A DNA stretch of 64,000 bases from Tubiluchus corallicola. Taxonomy: Eukaryota > Animalia > Priapulida. The translations under genes and the position numbers were made by a program. The stretch is from positions 1,054,180 through 1,118,179 of the forward strand of contig JAQGDQ010000005.1 of NCBI GenBank assembly GCA_030141605.1. The letters are read 5' to 3'. The notes under the pieces are model-generated. The model worked only from the letters and a program-made list of their open reading frames with translations. It was not told where the DNA came from and searched no databases. Shown one piece after another: positions 25,171-38,949 of this stretch. Within the stretch, counting starts at the first letter, position 1. Each line of letters opens with the position of its first letter.

Positions 25171-27353
25171 ATGACAGTAGAGGTCACAAGCACCACAAGT
25201 CCAGACATTTCAGCACATTTACAAGGTAAATACTAGCAGTAATCTTTGCTGCAAGGTTAATTAAAGAATACGCTACTAACCAGTGTTTAGGAATATATAA
25301 TAAGTAATAAGTACTAATAACTGTGAGTTTTAGATCTTAGTAAGTAAATAAAGAGTTATAGAAACTTTGTAGGATTAATCTGTAAATGTAAGCTCACTTA
25401 GTAGTAAAATTTTTGCACATAACTTTTCTATCTTGCTAAGTTTGTTTTTACAGATTTAGTTAAACATTCGTATTAGAATTTTTTTAAATAATCATTAAAT
25501 AATGCTTTCTGTTACCTGATTTGGCTGAGAGCTGGTACTTCACTGCCAAACGTCTGTAATCCGATGTTTATGATTGTGATTGTAATCCTATGTGTGTACG
25601 TTAACTCATGTTGTACAGCCACCTTGTACGATGAGTTCTATAGTGTGTAGTGTTATGGTAAAGCGTGTGTTTTTTTTAATTTTTTAGTCCACAATTATAC
25701 ATGACACATTTTCTCAAACTTGGGAATATTCAAATTCTTGGTTTTGCTATTAAAATATGCTTAGAGTCACCAAAGTTGTACTATCTGATGCGGCAGTGAT
25801 TCCAACAAGCTCGAGGCAGTGATAGTCCATGTGACCTGCAAGAGACATAGTAAAATAACTTCAAATGAATGTAAATTAGTCCCAGCCCTGAGCCCCATCT
25901 CCAAGTTCTAGATATGTGCCATTTGAAACAGTTTCTTGGTTATAACTTTTCTATTAAAGCAATCATCAGACACAAAGGAATCTCAAAAAAGCGTGTTTGT
26001 TTTGCTAAAAAGTGAAGACTTCTACAGGGGCACCTCGCAAAATAGGCAAAAACAAAATTTTCCATGACATACATGGGTCCACAACAAACAGCAGACGAGT
26101 GGATACGGCCCAAATTAACTACCCAAATTCAACTAATTTCAATTAAGTTCATTTGAATTGGTGCTCAGTTCTGAGGTCGGCTGAGGTCCTGACGTTCCAA
26201 CATCGAAGACTAAGAGTACCGTTGTTCGTTACTCGTCAGGTAAAAAATGAATCATCTTTAAAATAATTTCTAAGAAGCCTTCAGAAGTAATGTGTGTAGG
26301 CCTATTCATTTTGACTTTAGTATGTACGCATACTTAATTTTTTTAAGGAATAAGAATTTAAAACATTTACAAGGCACTTCTCATGTGTAAAGGACATGCT
26401 GTTACGCAAGCCAAAGGTGCTCAAGTTCGAAATAGTAATGTAGCATACTTTTCTCACCTGTGTCCAATGTCACGGACTATGTGCTTTAAACTTCGGAATT
26501 TGTGATCAATATTGACAGTTTACAGTCACTGTCCGCATATAATCCTCGTAATTACATGAGTTCGTAAAGACTGCTAATGTTGACAGCATTTGTTATAGCC
26601 AAGATTTTTATAGTCTTCCGCATAATGACGGAATCCAGCATTCAGCATGAGTAGATACAGTCAAGCCTTAACTATTGAAATCGCGAATATGGAAGTACAA
26701 GTACAAGTACAATAATTGGAAGAATTAATAAAAAAATTGTGAGATATTTTATTAACTGTAAATTGTCAAGCGGTTAGCAGTGCAAACAGTATTAGTTAAA
26801 CGTAGATATCTTCCTAATTGGCAACTGTTTGTGCATTTAACGCAGAGATGGCAAACTATGTTTTTGAATGACTACCATGATATTCTACTGAGTAGATGAG
26901 TTTACCAAGTTAGTTGAAGTTACACATATTCTCTTTAAAAATTTTATTGTTGTTCTAATTGCTGAATTTTTTTTTAACCTTCGAGCTAACCTCCAAGTTA
27001 CAAATGTTTGGCTGTTGTTTTAATGCGATACAAACTTTTCACAATTAGATTGTCTAGAGAAAGGCAGTGATCTTAGAAAACCTTTTGATAATATTGTTTC
27101 CACAGCTGTAGTTTTCAGCACATTTCGTTAGCACTTGTATATTTTCTTTGGTTTCAAAATTGGAACACATCTTAAGTGAGAACTACTCGACAAAAACGTT
27201 GAGGGGGAAAAAACTTGCAAGCTCGGCTTCCAAGGAAAGACTAATTAGTTTAATGATGTGTTTGAAAGATGTAGAAAGTCTTAGTTTCTATTTGACATTT
27301 CCTCAGGTTTATTTTTGCAGATGAGTCTTCTGGAAGCATCCCTTAATAATCAA
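25171..27353 (+). CDS. Tentative 5' coding exons of MRTF (25171-25225, 26169-26239, 27321-27353)
   Basis: ATG-initiated, phase-consistent chain that joins exon 54791 in frame. No recognisable homology; one weak acceptor and one weak donor. Confidence 0.3.
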
Positions 27354-30300
27354 GTACCCACGTTACGCAAAGCCTTTGCGTATCAAATGAAACTGGCAGC
27401 ATCTATTTTTTAAAGTGATGTCGTGAAATTACTTTTTTGTCTTAAATTTGGCACAGTGTCGAAAACTGCTAACGTTAGCATAAAATAGTCATTATTAAGG
27501 CTAATAAGTCATTCCGCATTTATTTGATTTTGTCAGGAAAACTTATTTTATTATTCAACATAATTTCTTTATTTGCTCACTGGCATATGGAAGCTTGACT
27601 CATTTAAAAAGCTTGAAGAACCACATATACGTTTTTTAGTCTTAAATTGTTGCATATGATCCAATGAGACCATTTGTAAAGATGCAAAATGCTCGAGACT
27701 GATTTTCTTAATGTTGGCACTTCACACTGTACAACCGTGTTCAAAACCTTTGAAGCATTGTCTGTCGTGGAACTTTTTTGGGGATAGGATAAGAAGTTGA
27801 TTAGGCATGATCATCTTAACTCAAGTGAATCTTAGCAATTAGAATGATATCTTAAAGGTCAATGAGGGTTCACAATCTTGCGTGTAATCAGTTTCCTCCA
27901 GAGACAAGTATTCAACGTACGACCATCTGCTGGACATTGGTCAGTTTGGTCTGAGAATGTTGTAGTGAGTAATTTATTACTTCTATAACTGTTGTTATTA
28001 CTGCTACTAGAGCATATGGATCTAATATTGTTGTTGACGAAAGCATGATCATTGATCAGTGATTTATTGTCATTCTCGTTTATATTTTGAATTCCGAAGC
28101 AGAAACACTAATGTAACACAAAAATGTAGGTATTTGATTAAATATCATGCAGGTAAAAACTTAAATTGGTAAAAGTTCGTGATTTTGTGCAATAGAAGGC
28201 TCGTTTAAGTTTTCCTGCTCTTGACTGTCTTAAGGCGTAGATAACTCGGATTTAAAATAAGCTGAAGACCTAAGCCTAATTTTGAAAACGAGTATTTGAA
28301 ATCAATTTTAACGATTTTTGACACGCTTTTTTCTTTATGGTTAAACAACGATTTTATCGAGACGAACCTTTTTAGGTTTCATTCGCAGAACTTTTGAACA
28401 ACGGCTTGAACAACATTTCAGTTTGTTTTACTAAGCAGACATGCAAAACTAAGCACATAAACTTGCCCATCTTTCGCCCGTTGTACTGTTGCGTCATTCT
28501 GTACAAGCCATAACGTTTTAATAATAAAATTCCATCGGCCGCTTTGATTGAAACATCTGTTTCGTATTGGTACTGGCTCCCCTATAGATATGCCTTCCTA
28601 TCGTCAGTCATTTACTAAGCCGGGATTTCAATTTCGCTGCCATTTTGTTTAGATATCAAAGCTACAGTACCAGCTGGAGATAACCTGCTTTTATATGAAG
28701 GAATGCGTTGGATTATCGTCAGCCGACGAAGATTGTAGCTTACTAGAGTATGTTTATGACGTTACTACTTCCGAGGTGCACCAACCATATGTTGTTGTTT
28801 CCATCTGGATGTCATAGCTCTTCTGTTGGATTCTACGTACTGATGTTACGGTGTGGTATAGATTTGAAGAATTCTTGAAAACTGAATGAAGTCGGTGGGT
28901 TTCTATCGGCCTACGTTCAGACTGGTTCGTTTTCTGGAATCAAGACTCCATGAACATTATCGCTTTTACGCTTGTACGCATGCACATACACACATAAGAA
29001 CGCCCTGAAGATGCGAAGTTGATTTTGTTTTGATGGTCATTTTATGCTCGTACCAATGCCAACGTTCATTTATCGAGTGGAAAAAGGTTGCTAAAAACAA
29101 ACTGTGACATCCATTCCCGCTCATGCATTAAAAAGAAGACAATCATAACAACGTATTAAAATAATGGATTTTATGACTCTTTAAAGGAATTATAAATAAA
29201 GACATTTTCACTGAATAAAGCATTAGAACATCCTTGTGAACCTGTTACATGCGTAGATACCTATCGAGTTGCTGATATCCTAACTATGTTCACTACAAAA
29301 ATATATAAAAAGAAACTGATTATACGTGTATATGAAAGTGTTTCTGATACGAACAAGGGATTATGATGTGTAAATTACGCTCAGCGAGTATTCATGTGTT
29401 TGACTTCAAGTCAACTTAGCTGCTGAAATTATAACACATTCTCTGTCTTTGTCTTCCCGTTTCTCTGATTATAATTATAGTTTATACTTGCTTGGGCGCA
29501 GCTTATTTTGTTGAGGTGGTATCTTACAACTTCCACTAATGCAAGGCGTTCTCGTTAAAGCTTCATTTACATCTTGAAGATTTTCCCTTCAAATTGATCG
29601 CAAAGATTATTTTTTGAGATATGTTCTACCTGCATGAACTCTTTGTTTCCCCAAAATTATTTGTTTACAATTTCGTTCAAGTCTGTCGTTCAAGCCACGT
29701 TCTGCCTAAGTATCTTTGGTCAGGTTTTATATAAATCTAATTTGACATTTTGAAGCTTCATTCAAACAATAAAGGGAATTACAATTCCGGTTTGCAGAAT
29801 GTAAAGCTATGTACATAAAATATCGCAGTAGTTGTTTTTTTAAATTTTATCCATCCTGAACATCTTTGTACAATGCCTTGTTAAGGCTCTGACTAAAATG
29901 TAGCCATATTTCTTGTCACAAGGTTTTTATAGATTCTGCTCAGTGTCCAGTTGTTGCATTTTCACGGACTTACAGTGAAAATATGTTGCTACATTATAGA
30001 AGAGTTTCGGGTGTGTAGTTTTACAATATTATGAAAAATTATAAGCGCACATTTCTTGCGTGCGGTTTTTTCAGACCACTTTTTCAAAAAAAAACAAGAT
30101 CGTCGTGAATTACCCGTCATTTTGTTCACGCTGGTGGGCTATTAAGTAGAACCACATGGCTTCTTTTCCATGCATTTAATCGTCTTTCAGATTATGAATG
30201 AAAAACGTGCAACGATACGTACGTTCACTAATACTTGACAAGAAAGTCGTGAATTCACTGGGGACATTCCTTAAAACGTCTTTCAAGATATTGAAACGAC

Positions 30301-32340
30301 TCTCACCTTGAAAAATTAAGCCGTTTCTTCGAGTTTTTGACATTTTTTAATTTCTGTATTAATTAAATGGATTCGTAAGTAATTTCCAGAAGACAGATCT
30401 CCAAGGTTATTATTAGATTTGCTGGTGATTCGTTACCTAAATGTTCGTAGCTGAATTTGATAAAAAATATAACAAAATTATTATGACTTTTTAGCAATCC
30501 GGCTTTTTACTTAATTTGACAGGTGTCCTCTGAATTAACTGGTCATATATGTTTTACTAACTCACAACACTGGATAGCCGATGCAGAGCTCAGACTAATA
30601 GCCATAATTTATTTCAGGGAACAAGTTAATGTTCAGTCACTATCTTAATTGTATCGAAATAAACATGAATTCGTATTTATAAATTTTAGTGTTTCAAGCG
30701 TATAGACTCAAGTTTCGGTTTCTGTTAAAATTGTACCAAGAAGTGATTACATGAGATCAAAGCCGCTGCTACTGTCGTTACATTCACCCATTAATGGAAG
30801 TGACTGTTGTTCGTGGCATAAATTTAGTTTTTAAACCATAGTTTTGCCCACTTGTGCAGTTTAATTGGGTGATACTAATTAATGCACTGAGCTCGAATCC
30901 TATAGCGCCGGTAAAAATTTTTGGGCGGTTTTTATCTCATAGATTGTGACAGAGTAGCTCTCCAGTCAATAATAAATTTATCTTTGTGGGCCTGGAATTT
31001 TGCCCATTCGCAAAAAGTAAGTACCATCCCAAACAACAAGATGTGGAATGCACTACCAGACCACAGTTGCCATGGTAACTCGCATCATTACACTTTCCTG
31101 ATGCTGCCACCACTGACAGGCTTGCTTTCATTTCTCCATCTTAACTTAGTTACATCTGTTCATGATAAGAACTCCAACCTCCATGCATGCGGAATGTATG
31201 CCACTGATATGTATCCAATCTTATAACTTGAGTACACTGACCTCGTAAGAACTAACCTACAGACTCTGAAACCCCGTGGGGGAGGCAATCCCTTACAAAT
31301 ATTTAGCATTTCACGTGTTAGGAAAGGGTTAATGCTGTCGTGGGGTATGTATCCAGGTAGTGGAATATTAAGGTAGCTATTTTCGTACTTCACCATTTGC
31401 CTGTAGGTCTTTCTGTCGGTTTAATTTGGTTGTATGTCTGTCTATTTGTTTGTCTGTCATCCGTCTCATATTACCTTTTGCTTCTTTCTTTATTTTCATT
31501 CTCATCCCCTCTTTATTTGCATCTGTGTTTCCCCCACGAAATGATTTCCTTGAACATTCCTTTCTTAGCTAGACTGAGAGAGTCACGAATCTGGTGACAT
31601 AACAATTATAGTTCTATAGTACCATAAAAAGAAAGATCATTAATGTTTGCCTTTGTCGTAAATATTTTTCAGATCCTTTGTTTTTTTGCAATTTATAATA
31701 ATTCAAAAACAAAATTTTTTTAGGCTTTAGTTGTTCTTTAGCTGATGTTAATTACTCTTGCATCTTGAGCTCCTACGTAAAACGGCCTTAAATCGTTTAT
31801 TGTTGCAGTGGACTGTAATCCATATTTATAACGGCAGGATTATGGCCGGACCTAGTGATTAATGAGCTTATATTATGGTGCTCGACGTAAAAAAGTTACA
31901 GATCCCAGCTTTAAATTTCAGAGCTTCTTCGTACTTCGTAAAGTGTGGATTTATTATGCCGACCCGATCTCTTTCTAACATGAGTTATTGATATCAGTTA
32001 TAAATTATGATAGTAATATACATGTATAAAAGTCTCTGGTATAATGTCGCAGTATTTGCAAGAAGCTTTTATGCGATAACGCGATCCATGATACTTCCAA
32101 GCAATTTATAGTACCGCAAATTTAAAAAAATTGAAATTGTGTTTTTAAATCGCTCATAAGTCAAGCTTATTAAAATTATCGTATGGTATAAGGTGTCAAA
32201 ATTTTTGCTTTCTGTGCCAGTTGCATGGTATGTCTGTTTTACAAGTTCTTAAAACTGCGGCGCGATTTGAGGACATTTGAGGTTGAATTAATATTTGGAA
32301 GGGGTTTTTGTCTCTATTCGTGGTTAAAAAATTAGCTGCA

Positions 32341-32680
32341 ACCGCATTTCTACCTAATTACTTTGATATTTTAGGCTTTTAGCGATGTTAACGCAAGCGA
32401 AGGTTATCATAGGTTACGTGTTGTTTCTGTGCCTGCTCATTTTCATGAAGAAAGTCTACGTGTTTTTACCGTGTCACTGGCAGACTTCTCACACAGCAAG
32501 TCAACTTAAAGTCGCAGGATACCCCGCATTGTACCTAATTTCACCGCGTTTCTAGCTAATTACTTTGACATTTTAGCGTTGTTAACGCAAGCAAAGGTTA
32601 TCATAGGTTACGTGTGTTTTCTGTGCTTGTTTATTTTCTTGCAGAAAATCTACGTGTTTTTACTACATCAGACTTCTTAC
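32341..32680. repeat. Diverged local duplication, period about 202 bp
   Basis: accgc.tttcta.ctaattactttga...gttaacgcaagc.aaggttatcataggttacgtgt...tctacgtgtttttac occurs twice. Confidence 0.85.
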
Positions 32681-35600
32681 ATAGTAATTATGTGATCAAA
32701 TGTTTTATAATTACTATAAAGTTTGATAAGAAGCCTGACTTGAAAATTGCATAAAACTGGTATATTAAAATTGTTTCTTTAGAATTAGCTTAGTTTGACG
32801 TACTCGCATCAGAATGGAATTTGAAAAAATATTATGGAGGCCTAGCTATAAGAATATGTGGACCTTGTAGAGTAAATGAGACCTGTAGTTCTGAAATGTA
32901 GGTCAAGTCTGTTTACTTTATGTGCTTATTATTTTTGCTGGGGAAATTGTTTGGTCTTTTCTCGCAGTAATTTGCTGAAGCTCAGTACGGGAATGGCACT
33001 GAGCTGGCAGGATTTCCGGCTCATTAAGGAAAAATCCCGATTTCGCTTTGTAGACGGGTTTTGATCCATCACTGCGCGCCCTGGCTCGCGGGACCTGGCT
33101 TATGCTAAACAAACCATGTCAACCATTCCACTGAATATTTACACTTTAGAACAGATGCAATGAAACTTTAAACCAACAGTACTTTAACTTTACAGTATTA
33201 TAAATCTGGGAAACAAAATCATATCCCATCCGGGAGTGCGCCAGTACAAATGCCAGCTTTTCATGCAAGAGATTATGATATATTTTTTGTTATAATTTAA
33301 TTAGTCTCTGGTTTCGTCTTATTTTTACCAGACAAGCTATTGCCCTGTACTCTTCGTGAAGGTGGAGTGTAAAAAGAAAGCCCGAGGCCTCTTGCATTGC
33401 GCACATAACTGATTTGTGACATTTTGTAACTAATTTCTTCCTATGAAGTGTAATTAGTTAAACAGGAAACTCTGCAGACTCACTGCAGTTTTAAGCCACT
33501 GTTTTTACATTTTCCTTAATATTTTGGTACAATTTGAGTGATGACTGGTGGAATATTTCAGATTCGAACTTGTGCAATCTCCCAATATTTTTGGGCATAT
33601 CGTACAGGAGCAAAGATATTCTTTTTTCAACCCAGTGACTCGAATTCAGGTAATTTGTGATGTATACCGCTTTTGTGTGTCTTTTTCTGAGGTCTTCCAC
33701 TGGTCATCATTTAATAAACCAACCGACTCACTGCCACACTATGTTTTTAATTTTTTTTTTACTTTTTCACATTTGAGAAAATGGTTTTCATAATGACCCA
33801 CAGTTACCCACATTCGTCTGGTGTTCACTTAGTGTGTTACGATACTACGCCTCAAAGAAGCAACGACACACCTTGAACTCAGACACTGGTGATACTCTGT
33901 TGTATCATTTTGTGTGTCATTCTGAGGTCGTCAATTAGCCACATAATTAGCCAGTCCTCATTTACTATATTGTGCCGTTTTAATTTTGTAAATTGTGCAT
34001 ATTTACGATTATAATTCAGTGATCTTTCACCAGACACCCAGTTTGCCACAAAAACATGTTTTCTCTCTGTTACACGACTTTGCCAAATTTCGTTTAAATT
34101 AACTAATATTTCAACTTTGTACCAAAAATCTGCAAAATCATTTTCAAACTGGGGTGGCCTGGTTAATCCGTTTGTTATGGAATCTGGTACGCAAAAAAAC
34201 CTAGACGGGGTATTGTGTTGTGTTACCATGATAAACAAGTTTATGGTTGAAATGGTTTGTAGGACCCGACAACATGCATGCTTGGCTTGTTGATGTAATT
34301 AAATTCATCAGACCATTTTTGAAAACGTCGGGTGAATCGCAGCCTCCGTGGTTCATGCCCAGTAGCTATATTCGTGTCCTGACGTCATTTTGATACTTTT
34401 TCTGCTTGTGTAAGCAAACAATTAGAAGCCTCGTCTATATAAATTTATTTTCGAGGAATTCGTTGGTTCAGCTTGTTCTTCGAGGCAAAAGCTGCTTTTC
34501 TACACCATGTTTGTTTTAAACTTGTCGAAAGATATCAGTTTTTGATTAGGACTATGTCCATATTTAGGCGCACTACTACTTAACAAGTGGCAGTCCTAAA
34601 TTATAAACTATCAAGTTGGCAGGTTGAGAACCTGAAAATTCTTTTTTAGTCCCAGTTTTGCTATGACTAGGGGCAGTCGGTTTATTAGGCTGGGAAAGGT
34701 TGGGCTTCTAGGGCTCGTAACTAATTTGCAGAGATGCTAAGGAGGGACAGTACGAAAAAGGACGATTCCATGGTTTGGCAGAATCTTCAGCTAAGGTGTA
34801 TAGGGAAGCGCTGCACGTTCCCGCGGGAGGATCGGGAGCACTCCGGTTGCCGATGTATTTTCCTGAATTTCAGAACATTTTGGAGAGATTTGGGAACACG
34901 TCTAAGACAATTCTTTACTCTCCAGTGTTTTTCTGGAAGCTTAAAGCTTTGAAATTACATTTATTTCTACACGTCGTACAAAAATTTTCCTTTAACATTT
35001 ACACAGCAGTAAAATATGTTTGGTGTGAGGGAAACAAAAATATGGGATCATTTGCACAGTATGTTAGAAACTTAGAGAGAGTTAAATTTCCACGGTGTAA
35101 CTGTAAATTTACTTAACAAAGTAAATAAATTTAAATAAGTTTATTTGACTGCAGGGGGTACTAACTGCTAAGGGTACTAAGTGTTACTGTTTTGTAGCCT
35201 GTATTCTAAACAGTATACCCGCAGTTATTGTAAGAATTAAATGAACATATTACACGAAACACAACAAATGTAATAATTGTGACTTATGAATTTCTCTCAC
35301 TTACAGATGTCTTATAAACTACGATTGAAACTAGAAAGGCAGTCGGGTCTGATTTTAAGCGAAACTTGAAACACTGACAATGTGACAAAATATTCTTATT
35401 GCACAAGTCTTTGCCCATACCCAGGAAATTGAGAGATTAGTACATTATAATGCTTCTGGGAGAGTGGTAGGTCTGAAATTGGGGGGTCTCCCCCCTCATT
35501 GGCGGTAACTTGTGATTAACAGATTACATACCGTTATGTTGAATTATTATGTATAAAACTATTTGCATGTAACTGTCTCCTCAACTCCTTGATTTGTTGA

Positions 35601-36070
35601 TCAGATTATATCATTTTTGAAAACGACAAAGCTACAAAGTTATTCTAATTCGCGTGGTTCGTACCTAGGTTCTATTGTTTTTTTTTGCTGATCCAAGCAT
35701 TTTGATTTTATGTGTTTGTAAATGAGGGGAAGCAAGGTTACACTGCTTGGGCATTTCTGTTTAACAAAAGATGGTATCAGTTATTGTTATCTTTTCGTTT
35801 AATGTTAATGAAGAATGTTTTGTTCTTTGTTTTTAACCTTTTTGATTGTCTATTGAGATTGGTAAACTATAAAAAGGACACATGTGGACTGCGAACATGG
35901 ATTCGAGACTCTGATTGGCCTTCTAATTCTATTTTGCTACTCTGCCTTGCTATTTCAATTGACTACTTCTAGGAGGGATTGGCTGTTAATTTCTAACTGA
36001 GATGAGTTTACCATTCTGTGTTACAATACTAATTCTTAATAATACAGTACAGTACAGTACTTAATAATTC

Positions 36071-36856
36071 ACTAGCAGAGGTCCCGCAAAAAATTTGCGT
36101 TTAAATCCACTTATAATCAACAATGTGCGAATATTCTACCTAGTGTTCGTTTATTTACCTAAAGCAAAGCCAGCAGCAGCTATTACTGAATTAAACTTAT
36201 AATGTTATAGGCAGAGTACAAAGGATGACGCGAGAACAATTGCCTTGCGTCAACAGTTTTTAAAGCGAAAATCGCCCGAAATGGAACCTCCAATCAACTC
36301 GTCGCAGCTCCTTACAATGGAAGTTTCCTATAATGCTGCCCACATTATCGTGATCGTATAGCCCTCTTCTTCTTCTTTCCAAAGAGCTATATATCTCCTT
36401 CCGAGAGTTCCACCAGACACCGCTAGAACGGTTTTTCTACAGACTTTGGCCAAAATTTCGAAAAAAATAGGGAGTTGGGTTACGGGAAACGCCCGTTACG
36501 GGACGCCATGGTCGTCCCGCGGATTCTAAATATGCCTACTACACCCACCGTTGAACGGGCTATGCACCGTCCCCGGCAGGTCCCTGTTCCCCAGAAATAA
36601 GAGGTATAAGTTTTTCAAAAAACGGCCGAAAAGTGGCCATTTTTGGAGGTTTTTCGACCCCGTTCATCCCGGTACGCCCGATTCGAAAAATAAACCACGA
36701 GACAATACTAGATCGAGGCCTTTCGTACGTTATATAGATCGGGAAAAATGGTGCTGTCGTTGGAGCTGTTGCTTCGAATCTTATATATATATATATATAT
36801 ATATATACTGTAAATTTGCTGTAATACTGTAATATACTGTATATACCCCATATATC

Positions 36857-36911
<55 letters not shown>

Positions 36912-36924
36912 TTAATATATACGA
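36071..36924 (+). mobile_element. GC-rich non-autonomous element, possibly Helentron-associated (HINE/DINE-like), with (TA)n/(GA)n near the 3' end
   Basis: Starts ACTAGCAGAGGTCCCGC; CpG-rich body unlike the flanks; ends in microsatellites plus TTAATATATACGATT. Confidence 0.4.
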
Positions 36925-38084
36925 TTATTATCTTTATTTGTATTCCAATATTTTAAAAGGAGGATCGTTTGACCTTTATAGCCACAACGTCGTTTATTCC
37001 AGGGCAGTTCTGTTGCTTAAGTCGTTTTCAAGATTGGGTTTCTAAGCAGAAGACATGGGAATTTTCTAATCAGGGAGAAACTGCTTTACATTTTCGTGTT
37101 GACTAATTTTAGCCGGCGGGAATGTCAAGTTATTGATGCGCATGGTTTTTTGTATGGACAGTTGTCAGCACTGCGTCTTGTCAGCATGTGGAGTGTATTA
37201 CAGCCGCCTGCAACAAACGCCTACCCTGTTTACTGCACACATAAATGACGCGTGCCAAACAAATGACAAGAAAGAAACGCTCTGTTGAGATCCTAGATGC
37301 CTTCTGTCATAATTATCGTGGTATGCCAGGATAAGGTCAACCGGATTAATCTTTAAATGTTTAAGATCCCATAAACTGCATCCCTAATAAACTGTGTTTG
37401 GGGTTCGTTTTGACACACTTGTTAACTAGACGTCACATTCCTATTCACAGAGTCATAGGCAGCCAAACAGTTTCTTTAAATAGCTTTGAGAAAGCCAAAA
37501 AATACGCCATTTGAAAACAGGGGCAGACAGGTCTGCATAGGTAGAGTTTGCTGATTTCAATGATTATCCGTTTTTTAGCGAGCTAAACTTATACGTTATC
37601 AAAACAGTTGTTTTGCACTTTATCAGCTGGTTTTAATGTTGGCCGTTAAATGTTACTTCGTTCTGGACCGTTCAACGTCAATGTTTTGACGCTGGTGAAG
37701 TTCGTGTTATTCATAACCAGAAGTACGTTGGTAATACTGCAGAAAGAAATCCTGTTTGCTTCCATGGGGTTTACGACATGGTATTTTTGCTCCATGACAC
37801 CATGCATGAATTCAGCAGGAAACAAATATATATTGTTAAAATGGTTAAAGTAACTTTTACAAAACGCTGATTGTTCCTGACATATACAAGTAAAGAGACG
37901 AATAGGATGCCAACAGCCGCTACTTGCTCTTCGAAAAACTTGGCTTCTAGTTGTCAGTTCCCCTCATAGTAAAGCATTTCCCGTTGATAAGCTTATTGAC
38001 CTTAGGCGACCTTAACTCTTTCATAACATCCATGCAGTTGTTAAAGTCGAGTTAAATTACACAGTAATTACCAACATTCGTTTG

Positions 38085-38235
38085 GAGGTTATAGTTAGGT
38101 CAGTCACTTGGAGCCAGGACTGGGATTGCAAGGGTTGAAAGTTCAAATTCATGTTTGATTTAGTGTCATCTTTTTGAAAGGCGACTTACTGGCTAGCTTG
38201 TTTCGTTAGTTTGTGTACACCAGCAAATAAATTAA
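38085..38235 (+). mobile_element. Degenerate tRNA-derived SINE candidate
   Basis: A-box-like tagttaggtcagt and B-box-like agttcaaattc, followed by a gtgtc...gaaaggc.actta core-like segment. Confidence 0.3.
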
Positions 38236-38949
38236 CGTTTTGTTTTGTGTGCATAGGATATTCTGGTATATGGATGTAAAATACTGAAATAAAATGTCAA
38301 CTACATGTACCTAGTGATCTTGATACTGCGCCTTAATGTCTGATAAGTGCCACGGCAGTGAAAGCACAGAAATTCGGTATGACTGTTTATACTTCCGGGG
38401 ATTTGAAAATGTTGGATGAAACACTACAAGGCAGTCTGGTGATCAGGAGATGCGGTTGCTGAACTTGCTATGCGAGTATGATTTCACATATCCATTTTCA
38501 AACATTTTACTATTAATACTCCGCTGTTAATACATTTTTTAAAATTTAAATCTTAAGTAAGGTAGAGCACTTTTTTCTTTGTTGAGTAGGCAAAACATGT
38601 GATTTTTCAGATTAGCTCTTAAGTGACTGTTATTCACCATGCTGAAGGACGGACCTGTACTTAAAAGAAATGGCTACTTTTTATTGCTTTCATTGGGGCA
38701 AGATTATTCCTAAACTTGACAGCGAGCCTTAAAATCCTCAAAATTACCCTAAAGAAGAGTAACCTGGTTTAACCTGGCAGGTTTTTGAAAAAGAACTTTT
38801 GCTGAAGAGTCTCATATTCAGCTATAGGTTGCGCCAGATGTTTGGAGTTCCTCTGTTTCCAGGTTATTATTGATGACTTTTACCAACAGAAACTGAACAC
38901 TTGCTGAAATGTGAAGCTAAATTTCTTCTTCGTGTGCTTTCGTGTTTTT

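Noticed and set aside
33491-34238. Two minus-strand ORFs of 69 and 119 aa
   Set aside because: No recognisable domain or splice chain; possibly decayed TE sequence but not supportable.
34732-34795. Possible additional MRTF 5' exon (DAKEGQYEKGRFHGLAESSAK)
   Set aside because: Splice sites are plausible but the donor is weak and there is no homology support.
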